From contig PAGT01000008.1 in the NCBI GenBank assembly GCA_002705485.1, positions 1-37,890 of the forward strand: a stretch of DNA of 37,890 nucleotides, written 5' to 3'. This document shows positions 27,311 through 36,664 of this stretch, in pieces. The notes below the pieces were generated by a model, which was not told the origin of the DNA, did no database searches, and was given only the letters and a program-made list of their open reading frames with translations. The DNA is from Flavobacteriales bacterium (GTDB lineage Bacteria; Bacteroidota; Bacteroidia; Flavobacteriales; Flavobacteriaceae). Numbering within the stretch: the first letter of the stretch is position 1; each line of letters begins with the position of its first letter. The position numbers were made by a program, and so were the translations under genes.

Positions 27311-29845
27311 TTATTTCTTTTTTAAAGAAACTAATGATTTAGATTTTCCATCCCAATCAATTTTTATGGTATCTCCAAAATTAAGTTGAGTTTTAACGAT
27401 TTCCTCAGCAAGTAGGTCTTCAACATACTTTTGAATAGCTCTTTTGAGAGGTCGAGCCCCATATTTTTTATCAAAACCTTTCTCACAAATAAAGTCTATG
27501 GCTTTCTTAGAAATTGATATATTATATCCAATTTCTTCTGTTCTTTTTAGCAAAAGATCAATTTCAATTTGGATTATTTTTTTTAGATCTTCTTTGTTCA
27601 GACTGTTAAATACTACAATTTCGTCTACTCTATTTAAAAATTCAGGTGAAAAAGCTTTCTTCAATGATTTTTCGATTGTTTTTCTAATATTTTTTGACTC
27701 TTGAGCTTTTAATGATTCAGTTCCAAAACCAACACCATTACCAAAGTCTTTGACTTCACGTGCTCCGATATTGGATGTCATGATGATCACAGTATTTTTA
27801 AAATCAACTTTTCTACCCAAACTATCAGTCAAAACTCCTTCATCTAAAACTTGTAAAAGCATATTAAATACATCAGGATGAGCTTTTTCAACCTCATCTA
27901 ATAATATAACACTGTAAGGTTTTCTTCGAACTTTTTCAGTTAATTGACCTCCTTCTTCATAACCAACATAGCCCGGAGGAGCCCCTATGAGCCGAGAAAC
28001 AGCAAACTTCTCCATATATTCACTCATGTCAATTCTTATCAGAGAGTCTAAACCATTAAATAATTCATCAGATAAAACTTTTGCTAATTGAGTTTTTCCA
28101 ACCCCTGTTTGCCCTAAAAAAATAAAAGAACCGATAGGTTTATTTGGATCTTTTATTCCTGCTCGATTTCTTTGAATTGCTTTAACAACTTTCTTGACTG
28201 CTTCTTCTTGACCAATTACACGGCCTTCAATTTTGTTTTCAAGATTGGAAAGTTGGTTTAATTCTGCTTTAGCAATCTTGTTGACTGGGATGCCAGTAAT
28301 CATTGAAACTACTTCAGAAATGTCATTCTCATTTACAGTTTCACGGTGTTTTTTTAAATCTTCTTGCCATTTTTCTTGTGCAATTAATAATTCTTTTTCA
28401 ATTCTTTTTTCGTCATCTCTTAATTTAGCAGCTTCCTCATATTTTTGTTTTTTCACAACAGCATTTTTGTCCAACCTAACATTTTCAAGTTTTTTTTCTA
28501 AATCTACTATGTTGTCAGGAACATCCATGTTGGTAATATGAACTCTTGATCCCGCTTCGTCAAGAGCATCAATAGCTTTATCCGGTAAAAATCGATCTGA
28601 TATATACCTGTCAGTTAAACGAACACAAGCAATAATAGCTTCATCAGTATAATTTACATTGTGGTGTGTTTCGTATTTATCTTTTATATTTTTTAAGATA
28701 TCAATAGTCTCATCAACATCAGTTGGTTGAACAATTATTTTTTGAAACCTTCTTTCAAGAGCACCATCTTTTTCAATATACTGTCTGTATTCATCTAATG
28801 TGGTGGCACCAATACATTGAATTTCCCCTCTAGCTAGTGCAGGTTTAAACATGTTAGATGCATCGAGGCTACCTGTTGCACCACCAGCACCAACAATTGT
28901 ATGTATTTCATCAATAAATAAAATAATATCATTATTCTTTTCAATTTCGTTCATAACAGCTTTCATTCTTTCTTCAAATTGACCTCTGTATTTTGTTCCA
29001 GCAACAATACTGGCTAAATCTAATGTTACAACTCTTTTGTTATATAGAATTCTTGATACTTTTTTTTCAATTATTCTTAGAGCAAGTCCTTCAGCAATGG
29101 CTGACTTACCTACACCAGGTTCACCAATTAAAAGTGGATTATTTTTTTTTCTTCTACTTAAAATTTGTGATACTCTCTCGATTTCTTTTTCACGTCCAAC
29201 GACTGGATCAAGTTTTCCTTGAAGAGCATATGCCGTCAAATCTCTTCCGAAATTATCTAGAACAGGAGTTTTCGATTTGGCTTTCGATTTTTTTTCTGTT
29301 TTGGTTGAAAAAGGATTTTCTTCAATTGAATCATCCTCATCTTTTGGTTCATCAGAATATGTATCAGAGGAGGGTAAGCCAGAATGTTGATCCTCATTTT
29401 CAGTTAATAGATACTTAAATTGCTCTTTAACTGTTTCATAATCTATTTGAAGTTTAATGAGAAGTTTTGTTGTTGGATCATTCTCATTTCTCAAAATGCA
29501 TAACAAAAGGTGTGCAGTATTAATTGATTTTCCTTGAAATAACTTTGCTTCGAGAAAAGTAGTCTTTAAAGCTCTCTCTGCCTGTCTAGTTAGGTGAAGA
29601 TTTTTTTTATGATTTTGATTGAAATCGTTAATTGGATTAGGTGGACTTAAGATCTCTACTTTTTTTCTTAGGTAATTTAAATCAATTTCCAATGAATTAA
29701 GTATTGAAATGGCTTTACCACCACCGTCTCTCAGCATACCTAAGAGTAAATGCTCGGTCCCAATGAAATCATGGCCTAACCTGAGTGCTTCTTCTTTACT
29801 GTAAGTTATAACGTCTTTGACTCTTGACGAAAAATTGTCATCCAT
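27311..29845 (-). CDS. clpC: ATP-dependent Clp protease ATP-binding subunit, ClpC type
   Basis: 844 aa with an N-terminal double Clp_N repeat and two AAA+ modules (GEPGVGKSA and GQTGVGKTQ). A short UVR-like middle domain (QKYEEAAKLRDDEKRIE) is present. A VGF tripeptide loop is consistent with ClpP docking. Confidence 0.93.
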   Translation of the reverse strand: MDDNFSSRVKDVITYSKEEALRLGHDFIGTEHLLLGMLRDGGGKAISILNSLEIDLNYLRKKVEILSPPNPINDFNQNHKKNLHLTRQAERALKTTFLEAKLFQGKSINTAHLLLCILRNENDPTTKLLIKLQIDYETVKEQFKYLLTENEDQHSGLPSSDTYSDEPKDEDDSIEENPFSTKTEKKSKAKSKTPVLDNFGRDLTAYALQGKLDPVVGREKEIERVSQILSRRKKNNPLLIGEPGVGKSAIAEGLALRIIEKKVSRILYNKRVVTLDLASIVAGTKYRGQFEERMKAVMNEIEKNNDIILFIDEIHTIVGAGGATGSLDASNMFKPALARGEIQCIGATTLDEYRQYIEKDGALERRFQKIIVQPTDVDETIDILKNIKDKYETHHNVNYTDEAIIACVRLTDRYISDRFLPDKAIDALDEAGSRVHITNMDVPDNIVDLEKKLENVRLDKNAVVKKQKYEEAAKLRDDEKRIEKELLIAQEKWQEDLKKHRETVNENDISEVVSMITGIPVNKIAKAELNQLSNLENKIEGRVIGQEEAVKKVVKAIQRNRAGIKDPNKPIGSFIFLGQTGVGKTQLAKVLSDELFNGLDSLIRIDMSEYMEKFAVSRLIGAPPGYVGYEEGGQLTEKVRRKPYSVILLDEVEKAHPDVFNMLLQVLDEGVLTDSLGRKVDFKNTVIIMTSNIGAREVKDFGNGVGFGTESLKAQESKNIRKTIEKSLKKAFSPEFLNRVDEIVVFNSLNKEDLKKIIQIEIDLLLKRTEEIGYNISISKKAIDFICEKGFDKKYGARPLKRAIQKYVEDLLAEEIVKTQLNFGDTIKIDWDGKSKSLVSLKKK

Positions 29846-29968
29846 TTAAATTATATTATATTATATGTTCATAATTATATAAACATCGTAAATAGACAAA
29901 AAAAATAATTTAATTCCAAGTTTTTTTATCTGTAATTCAACTTTTATATCAAAAAATGTTTGTTAATA

Positions 29969-29984
29969 AAATTATATATAATTT
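29969..29984. repeat. Perfect 16-bp A/T-only palindrome AAATTATATATAATTT in the clpC/gyrA divergent intergenic region
   Basis: Base-by-base check: 29969-29976 pair perfectly with 29984-29977. Function unknown. Confidence 0.9.
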
Positions 29985-30019
29985 ATCTAATAAAAAAGAG
30001 TTTTTACATCAGTTGTTGT

Positions 30020-30027
30020 TATATTTG
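30020..30027 (+). promoter_or_regulatory. Candidate Bacteroidota -7 promoter element for gyrA (TATATTTG, matches TAnnTTTG)
   Basis: Exact match to TAnnTTTG, 39 nt upstream of the gyrA ATG (30067). The -33 TTTG element is not clearly present. Confidence 0.3.
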
Positions 30028-30066
30028 ATTGATATCATTTATAGTAGAATTTAAACAAAATAAAGA

Positions 30067-32580
30067 ATGAGTGATGGTGAAAAATTAATACCTGTAAATA
30101 TTGAGGAGGCAATGAAAGCTGCATACATTGATTATTCAATGTCTGTAATTGTATCTAGAGCCCTTCCAGACGTCAGAGATGGTCTTAAGCCTGTACACAG
30201 AAGGGTTTTGTATGGAATGCATCAATTAGGTTTAAAGTCTAATAGTAAATTTAAAAAGTCAGCTTTCATAGTAGGTGAGGTTTTAGGTAAATATCATCCT
30301 CATGGAGATTCATCTGTTTATGATACTATGGTTAGAATGGCCCAAGAATGGAGTTTAAGATATCTGATGGTTGATGGTCAAGGTAATTACGGCTCTGTTG
30401 ATGGTGATAGTCCTGCAGCTATGAGATACACAGAGGCAAGGATGCAAAAAATCAGCGAGGAGATGGTTGCAGATTTAGATAAAGAAACAGTTGATTTACA
30501 GTTGAATTATGATGACTCGATTATGGAACCGACTGTACTTCCAACAAAAATTCCAAATTTACTTGTCAATGGTGCGTCAGGAATAGCTGTTGGTATGGCT
30601 ACTAACATGCCTCCTCACAATTTAAGTGAGGTTATAAATGGTACAATTGCATACATAGATAACAATGAAATTACAGTTGATGAGTTGATTGAACATGTAA
30701 AAGCACCAGATTTCCCAACTGGGGGTATTATTTATGGTTATGAAGGTGTGAAAGAAGCTTTCCAAACGGGAAAAGGCAGGGTTGTAATGAGAGGAAAAGC
30801 AGAGATTGAGGATGTAAATGGTAAAGAGTGTATAGTTGTAACTGAGATTCCCTACCAAGTTAACAAAGCAGATATGATTAAAAAAACTGCTGAACTGGTA
30901 AACGATAAAAAAATCGATGGTATTTCAACCATCAGGGATGAGTCAGATCGCAAAGGCATGAGGATAGTTTATGTGCTCAAAAGAGACGCTATTCCTAACA
31001 TTGTTTTAAATATGTTGTTCAAATATACTCAACTTCAGTCTTCATTTAGTGTTAATAATATAGCTCTTGTTAAAGGAAGACCACAAATGCTCAACCTCAA
31101 AGATATGCTCAAATATTTTGTTGAACACAGGCATGATGTTGTCGTAAGAAGGACAAAGTTTGAATTAAAAAAAGCTGAAGAAAGGGCTCATATTCTTGAG
31201 GGTTTAATAGTAGCTTCAGACAATATTGATAAAGTAATAAAATTGATAAGGTCCTCAAAGAATGCAGATGAAGCCAGACAAAAATTAATAAATGAATTTA
31301 AGCTTAGCGAAATCCAAGCCAAAGCGATTGTCGAGATGAGGTTGAGACAGTTGACAGGACTAGAGCAAGATAAATTAAGGTCTGAATTTGAAGAGTTAAT
31401 GAAAACGATCGCAGATCTTAAAGATATTCTGAGCAATCAGAACCGTAGAATGGATATTATTAAGTTTGAGCTTAAAGAAATATTAGAAAAGTATGGTGAC
31501 GATAGAAGATCATTGATTGAATACTCTGGTGGGGATTTATCCATTGAAGATATGATTCCCGATGAAAAAGTAGTTTTAACAATATCCAATGCAGGCTACA
31601 TCAAAAGAACTCCACTTGTCGAATATAGGACCCAAAATAGAGGAGGAGTTGGTCAAAAAGCCTCCACAACAAGAAATGAAGATTTCCTAGAGCATTTGTT
31701 TATTGGAACTAATCATCAATACATGTTGTTTTTTACACAAAAAGGAAAGTGTTTTTGGATGCGGGTTTATGAGATTCCTGAGGGAAGTAAAACATCAAAA
31801 GGAAGAGCAATCCAAAATTTAATTAATATTGAACAAGACGACGAGGTCAAGGCTTTCATTTGTACACAAGACCTAAAAGACGAAGAATACATAAATAACC
31901 ATTATGTTATAATGGCAACAAAAAAAGGTCAAGTCAAAAAAACTTCACTGGAACAGTATTCAAGACCAAGATCAAACGGGATTAATGCAATTACCATCAA
32001 GGATAATGACGAACTTCTTGAAGCAAAGCTAACCACTGGAAATTCTCAGGTTCTCATTGCTGTCAAATCGGGCAAATGCATAAGGTTTGAAGAAAGTAAG
32101 ACAAGACCTATGGGAAGAAATGCCAGCGGAGTTAGAGGTATTAGACTCAAGGATGAATTAGATGAAGTTATTGGAATGATATCTGTAAATGATATGGATA
32201 GTGATATACTTGTTGTTTCTGAAAATGGTTATGGTAAAAGATCAAGTCTTGATTCTTATCGAATAACCAACAGAGGGGGTAAAGGTGTTAAAACAATATC
32301 AATAACTGAAAAAACAGGTAATTTAGTTTCTCTCAAAAATGTTAACGACAATGATGATCTTATGATTATTAATAAATCTGGGATTGCAATCAGAATGGAA
32401 GTTAATTCATTAAGAGTTATGGGAAGAGCCACACAAGGTGTCAAATTAATCAATTTAAAAGAAAATGATTCTATTGCTGCAGTGGCAAAAGTAGTCCTAG
32501 ACGATGATGAGGTTCAGGATATTGATGCCATTGATGTTGATTTGTCTGAAAATGAAGATAATGAAGAACCAAAAAAATAA
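30067..32580 (+). CDS. gyrA: DNA gyrase subunit A
   Basis: 837 aa with the active-site region [10 protein letters not shown]. The [21 protein letters not shown] has wild-type Ser and Asp at the E. coli 83 and 87 equivalents. GyrA-box/beta-pinwheel repeats and an acidic C-terminal tail are present. Confidence 0.97.
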   Translation: MSDGEKLIPVNIEEAMKAAYIDYSMSVIVSRALPDVRDGLKPVHRRVLYGMHQLGLKSNSKFKKSAFIVGEVLGKYHPHGDSSVYDTMVRMAQEWSLRYLMVDGQGNYGSVDGDSPAAMRYTEARMQKISEEMVADLDKETVDLQLNYDDSIMEPTVLPTKIPNLLVNGASGIAVGMATNMPPHNLSEVINGTIAYIDNNEITVDELIEHVKAPDFPTGGIIYGYEGVKEAFQTGKGRVVMRGKAEIEDVNGKECIVVTEIPYQVNKADMIKKTAELVNDKKIDGISTIRDESDRKGMRIVYVLKRDAIPNIVLNMLFKYTQLQSSFSVNNIALVKGRPQMLNLKDMLKYFVEHRHDVVVRRTKFELKKAEERAHILEGLIVASDNIDKVIKLIRSSKNADEARQKLINEFKLSEIQAKAIVEMRLRQLTGLEQDKLRSEFEELMKTIADLKDILSNQNRRMDIIKFELKEILEKYGDDRRSLIEYSGGDLSIEDMIPDEKVVLTISNAGYIKRTPLVEYRTQNRGGVGQKASTTRNEDFLEHLFIGTNHQYMLFFTQKGKCFWMRVYEIPEGSKTSKGRAIQNLINIEQDDEVKAFICTQDLKDEEYINNHYVIMATKKGQVKKTSLEQYSRPRSNGINAITIKDNDELLEAKLTTGNSQVLIAVKSGKCIRFEESKTRPMGRNASGVRGIRLKDELDEVIGMISVNDMDSDILVVSENGYGKRSSLDSYRITNRGGKGVKTISITEKTGNLVSLKNVNDNDDLMIINKSGIAIRMEVNSLRVMGRATQGVKLINLKENDSIAAVAKVVLDDDEVQDIDAIDVDLSENEDNEEPKK

Positions 32581-32586
32581 TTTCAT

Positions 32587-33843
32587 ATGAAAAAATTTAT
32601 TTATATTATTATTTTACTAGTATCATGCTCTAGTTTTTCCCAAAAAAAAGAATTAAGGAACGCTCAAAAATTAATGAATCAAAGTTTTTATTCTGAAGCT
32701 TTAGATGTTCTAAGTCAAATTGAGGATGTTATTGATAACTCTGATCTTAAGTACCAAACTCATTATCACTTTCTGCTAGGATGGGCTTTAAAAATGGATA
32801 AGAATTTTGAGGATTCAATTTTTAATCTCAAAAAAGTTTTGGAATTAGATAAATCGAGTGAGTATTCAAATGAATCTATACAAAGATTAAGTGAGGTTGA
32901 AGTTGAGCTTGTTAACCTTGCTATTGAAGACAATGATTCTAAGAATTTTAATGAAGCAGCTGCAAAGCTGTATCAAGCTTACATGATTGATAAAAACAAA
33001 CCTTCAAACCAAAACTATTTATATTTTTCTGCTGGTAGTTTAGTAAACGCACAAGATTACGAAACTGCACTAAGTCACTACATTAACTTAAAAGATATTG
33101 GATATACAGGAGTTCAAAATCAATATTTTGTTACGGAAGTAGAATCTGAAAACGAAATTGAAGTTAGCGAATCTGAGTACAATATTTTAAAATCCTCTAA
33201 GGAATACAAAAATCAAAGAACTCAAAAATCAGAATCTAGACTTCCAGAAATTGTAAAAAATATAGCTTTAATATATGTACAACTTGGAGAAAATGATAAA
33301 GCAATTTCAGCTATTCAGGATGCTAGAAAAGTTAATCCGGATGATGTAAATTTAATTTTAAATGAAGCAGATTTATATATCAGATTAGGTGATAGAAATA
33401 AATTTAAAGAGTTAATGGAACAAGCTATTGAAAAAGATCCTAATAATGCAATACTATACTATAATCTTGGAGTTATAAGTGGCGAACAAGGAATGACAGA
33501 TCAAGCAATTTCGTATTATAAAAAAGCCCTTGAGATTAATCCGCAATACTCTGCTACATATTTAAATTTGGTTGGTATTATTTTAGAGGGAGAAGCTTCA
33601 TTAGTTGAGCAAATGAATGAGTTAGCGACATCAACTAAAAGAAGTGATTTTGAGAAATATGATAAGCTGAAAGAGGAACGGGAAGCTCTTTACGCATCTT
33701 GTCTTCCATATTTGGAAAAACTTATTGAAATTGAGCCAAAAAATCTTGAAGCTTTAAAAACAGCTAAAAATATTTACTACACAATAGGAAATAATGAAAA
33801 ATTCAAAATAATGTCAGCTAAGATTGATGATCTGGAGGATTAA
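32587..33843 (+). CDS. Tetratricopeptide-repeat lipoprotein
   Basis: 418 aa with lipobox LLVSCSSFSQ and several TPR-like units (e.g. AILYYNLGVISGEQGMTDQAISYYKKALEINP). It starts 6 nt downstream of gyrA. Confidence 0.8.
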   Translation: MKKFIYIIILLVSCSSFSQKKELRNAQKLMNQSFYSEALDVLSQIEDVIDNSDLKYQTHYHFLLGWALKMDKNFEDSIFNLKKVLELDKSSEYSNESIQRLSEVEVELVNLAIEDNDSKNFNEAAAKLYQAYMIDKNKPSNQNYLYFSAGSLVNAQDYETALSHYINLKDIGYTGVQNQYFVTEVESENEIEVSESEYNILKSSKEYKNQRTQKSESRLPEIVKNIALIYVQLGENDKAISAIQDARKVNPDDVNLILNEADLYIRLGDRNKFKELMEQAIEKDPNNAILYYNLGVISGEQGMTDQAISYYKKALEINPQYSATYLNLVGIILEGEASLVEQMNELATSTKRSDFEKYDKLKEEREALYASCLPYLEKLIEIEPKNLEALKTAKNIYYTIGNNEKFKIMSAKIDDLED

Positions 33844-34592
33844 TATTTTCTAATTTCAAGTAGGTTGTGTGTGATTTTTTTGGTTTCAAAATTTTTTATT
33901 CCATTTCCATTAAAGTAATCAATCCGCACTTTTCCAAATGAATGAATAATACGTTTTTTGTTCAATAAAATTCCAACGTGAGTTATTTTATTAGTTCCAA
34001 AAAATGCTAAACATCCGGGTTCTATATCATTGTAACCAATTTTTATTCCACTTTCAGCTTGCATGTAGGCATCTCTTTTGATAAAAATACCTTTAATTTT
34101 ATAGACATTTTGTGTAAATCCAGAGCAATCAATTCCATAATTATTCCTACCCCCCCAAAGATAGGGTGTGTTTAAGTATATGTTTGAAATGTCAATGATA
34201 TTTTTATTATAATTTTCTGTCGTTTTACCTCTAAATCTTTGTTTTAAATATTCACAAGAACTGACTAGAGACCCAATTGGAACCATTGCAGTGTTCTTTT
34301 TATTTAAATCTTTCTCTACAAATCCCGTGAGGTCTATTGAAAAAACTTTTTTTTTCAAGTTAATTGTATTGTAATCATTAATTGAAATTTCTTTTACTTG
34401 AGAATAGTTTAACCATCCCTTATAACTATCATATGAGTTTTCAATATAAAACCAGCTGTCTTTTGTTTTTAATATTTTGTAAGTTTCTCCGTAAAGTAGC
34501 TGGGTAGTCATTTCACTTTTACTACATGGCTCCTGCCTAACAGGTATAATTGAAAGATGACATATACCAAAATTATTATTTAAGATTTTCAC
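33840..34592 (-). CDS. C40 (NlpC/P60) family peptidase with an N-terminal SH3b-like domain
   Basis: 250 aa with the catalytic Cys in YGIDCSGF and His in ITHVGILL. There is no signal peptide, as in cytoplasmic YkfC-like murein-peptide peptidases. Confidence 0.85.
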   Translation of the reverse strand: MKILNNNFGICHLSIIPVRQEPCSKSEMTTQLLYGETYKILKTKDSWFYIENSYDSYKGWLNYSQVKEISINDYNTINLKKKVFSIDLTGFVEKDLNKKNTAMVPIGSLVSSCEYLKQRFRGKTTENYNKNIIDISNIYLNTPYLWGGRNNYGIDCSGFTQNVYKIKGIFIKRDAYMQAESGIKIGYNDIEPGCLAFFGTNKITHVGILLNKKRIIHSFGKVRIDYFNGNGIKNFETKKITHNLLEIRKY

Positions 34593-34620
34593 TTTGTAAA
34601 CAAGTAAATTAAAATTTTAA

Positions 34621-34628
34621 TATTTTTG
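34621..34628 (+). promoter_or_regulatory. Candidate Bacteroidota -7 promoter element (TATTTTTG) for the 7TM-HD gene
   Basis: Exact TAnnTTTG match 16 nt upstream of the ATG at 34644. A TTTG lies at 34593..34596, about 24 nt upstream. Confidence 0.3.
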
Positions 34629-34643
34629 AAATTAATATTTTGA

Positions 34644-36644
34644 ATGAAAGATAAGTTAAATATTTTTTTTAGACTGCAATCCAAAATTTTTAGGATAATT
34701 CTTTTTTTTGTTACCGTTACACTCACAGTTTATCTTATACCAAAAAACACAAAATTTAAATTTGATTATAAAGAAGGATTACCATGGAATTACGAAACTT
34801 TAATTTCACCATTTGATTTCACCATTTACAAGTCCAATGAAGAAATTGAAATTGAAAAAAAAATAGTTTCATCAAATTCTGAAAAATATTTTAATTTAAA
34901 AATTGGAATACTAGATTCAGTTCTTTTTAAAATAGATAGCTTAACTAAATTACTCCCACAAACAGTTGTTTATGAATTAGATAATAGAATTAAATCGATA
35001 TATAAACAAGGAATCACTGATTACAATAACGAACTCTTAATTGATTCAGTAATTTTAACTGTTGGTTCAGATGAAAGAAAAATTAATTTTCTAGACATAT
35101 TTCAGGTTTCAAATTTCAAATTTGATGGTCTAACTTTATTGAATACTAATGATTCTCTATTGGTATCGAATATATTTCAAAATTTAAAACCCAATGTTTT
35201 TTATGATGAAAAGAGAACTTTTGACCGGCTTGATTTCAATTTATCCCAAATTAATCTCTCCAGAGGAATTGTACGATCAGGTGTAAGGATAATTTCCAGA
35301 GGTGAAATTGTTGATTCAGAAAAACTTGCCATACTGAATTCCTTAAAATTAAAATTTGAATCGGATTCATCCTCAAAGTCTGGATCCATCTTGATTTCAA
35401 TTGGATATTTTGTAATTGTAGCTCTCATAATTCTTTTTTTGTTCTTGTTTTTGAGAAAAAATAGGAGATCTGTTTTTTTAAACAATACAAAAATGATGTT
35501 AATACTTACAATTGTCATCATTTTTATATCATTAATTAGCTTTACTGTTAAATTACAGCCTAATTATATATACGCAGTTCCTCTATGTTCAATTCCTCTA
35601 CTATTAAGAGCTTTTTTTGATTCAAGGTTGGGGTTATTTACATACGTTATGACCGTGTTGATATTATCTTTTTTTGTTCCATATGGTTTTGAATTTATTA
35701 TTATTAATGTGTTAGCAGGAATTGTAACAATTTTAACTCCCCCAGATTTATATCAACGAGCAAACTTATTTTTAACTGTTTTTATCATTACATTAGTTTA
35801 CATTCTTTCCTACTTTTCAATTGCCCTATATGAAAATCCAGATTTTAATTATATAGATTTTTCAATAATAATAATTTTTTTAATCAATGGATTGGCTACA
35901 TTATTTGTTCATCCAATGATCTATATTTTTGAAAAAGTTTTTGATCTGGTCTCTGATGTATCACTTCTTGAACTTAGCAACACAAATTCTGGTCTTTTAA
36001 AGAAGCTTTCAGAAAGGGCGCCGGGAACTTTTTATCATTCACTAGCTGTCTCTAGTTTAGCTGAAGCTGTTGCTGTCCAGATTTCTGGAAACGTGATGTT
36101 GGTTCGTGTAGGGGCACTTTACCATGATATTGGAAAAATGAATAATCCAAACTATTTTATTGAAAATCAAACAAGTTCTTATAATCCTCATGTTGATTTA
36201 GATCCAACCGACAGTAATGAAATTATTAAGAACCATATATCTGATGGTATTAAAATTGCAAAAAAAAATAAAATACCAGATAGAGTTATTGATTTTATAA
36301 GAACTCACCATGGAACTATGATGATTAGGTTTTTTTATGATAAAGCCCTAAAACTAGATGCAAACACTAAAGAATTAGATTTCAGATATTCGGGTCCGAA
36401 ACCTTTTTCCAAAGAGACAGCTGTCGTTATGATGGCTGATAGTATTGAAGCAGCTTCTAAGAGCTTGGATAAGCCAAATATTAAGTTAATTGAAGAGTTT
36501 GTTGAGAAAATAGTTGATAAACAATTAGTGGACAACCAATTCATCAACTGTGATATAACATTGAAAGAAATTGAAATTTCAAAAAAAGTATTTAAAGAAA
36601 AGCTAATTAATATTTATCACCTAAGGGTTGAATATCCTGATTAG
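34644..36644 (+). CDS. 7TM receptor with intracellular HD/HDIG phosphohydrolase domain (PgpH/YqfF-like)
   Basis: 666 aa with an N-terminal anchor plus extracytoplasmic domain, seven hydrophobic helices, and a C-terminal HD domain with HSLAV...LYHDIGK and HHG motifs. Confidence 0.85.
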   Translation: MKDKLNIFFRLQSKIFRIILFFVTVTLTVYLIPKNTKFKFDYKEGLPWNYETLISPFDFTIYKSNEEIEIEKKIVSSNSEKYFNLKIGILDSVLFKIDSLTKLLPQTVVYELDNRIKSIYKQGITDYNNELLIDSVILTVGSDERKINFLDIFQVSNFKFDGLTLLNTNDSLLVSNIFQNLKPNVFYDEKRTFDRLDFNLSQINLSRGIVRSGVRIISRGEIVDSEKLAILNSLKLKFESDSSSKSGSILISIGYFVIVALIILFLFLFLRKNRRSVFLNNTKMMLILTIVIIFISLISFTVKLQPNYIYAVPLCSIPLLLRAFFDSRLGLFTYVMTVLILSFFVPYGFEFIIINVLAGIVTILTPPDLYQRANLFLTVFIITLVYILSYFSIALYENPDFNYIDFSIIIIFLINGLATLFVHPMIYIFEKVFDLVSDVSLLELSNTNSGLLKKLSERAPGTFYHSLAVSSLAEAVAVQISGNVMLVRVGALYHDIGKMNNPNYFIENQTSSYNPHVDLDPTDSNEIIKNHISDGIKIAKKNKIPDRVIDFIRTHHGTMMIRFFYDKALKLDANTKELDFRYSGPKPFSKETAVVMMADSIEAASKSLDKPNIKLIEEFVEKIVDKQLVDNQFINCDITLKEIEISKKVFKEKLINIYHLRVEYPD

Positions 36645-36664
36645 TTGTTTATTTTTGTAAATGT

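Noticed and set aside
28993-29418. A 141-aa ORF antisense to clpC (plus the nested 29037..29222 ORF and another at 28233..28541). This is unusually long for an AT-rich genome, where stops should be frequent.
   Set aside because: The sense strand here is Lys/Glu/Asp-rich (AAA/GAA/GAT codons). Its complement is a T-rich, stop-poor frame that translates to low-complexity F/L/Q strings (FFFFYLKF...). There is no start context, no motif, and it lies entirely inside a highly conserved gene. This is a compositional shadow ORF.
29956-30057. A 33-codon + strand mini-ORF (MFVNKIIYNLSNKKEFLHQLLLYLIDIIYSRI) upstream of gyrA.
   Set aside because: It overlaps the candidate gyrA promoter and the palindrome, has low-complexity AT-driven composition, and nothing supports translation.
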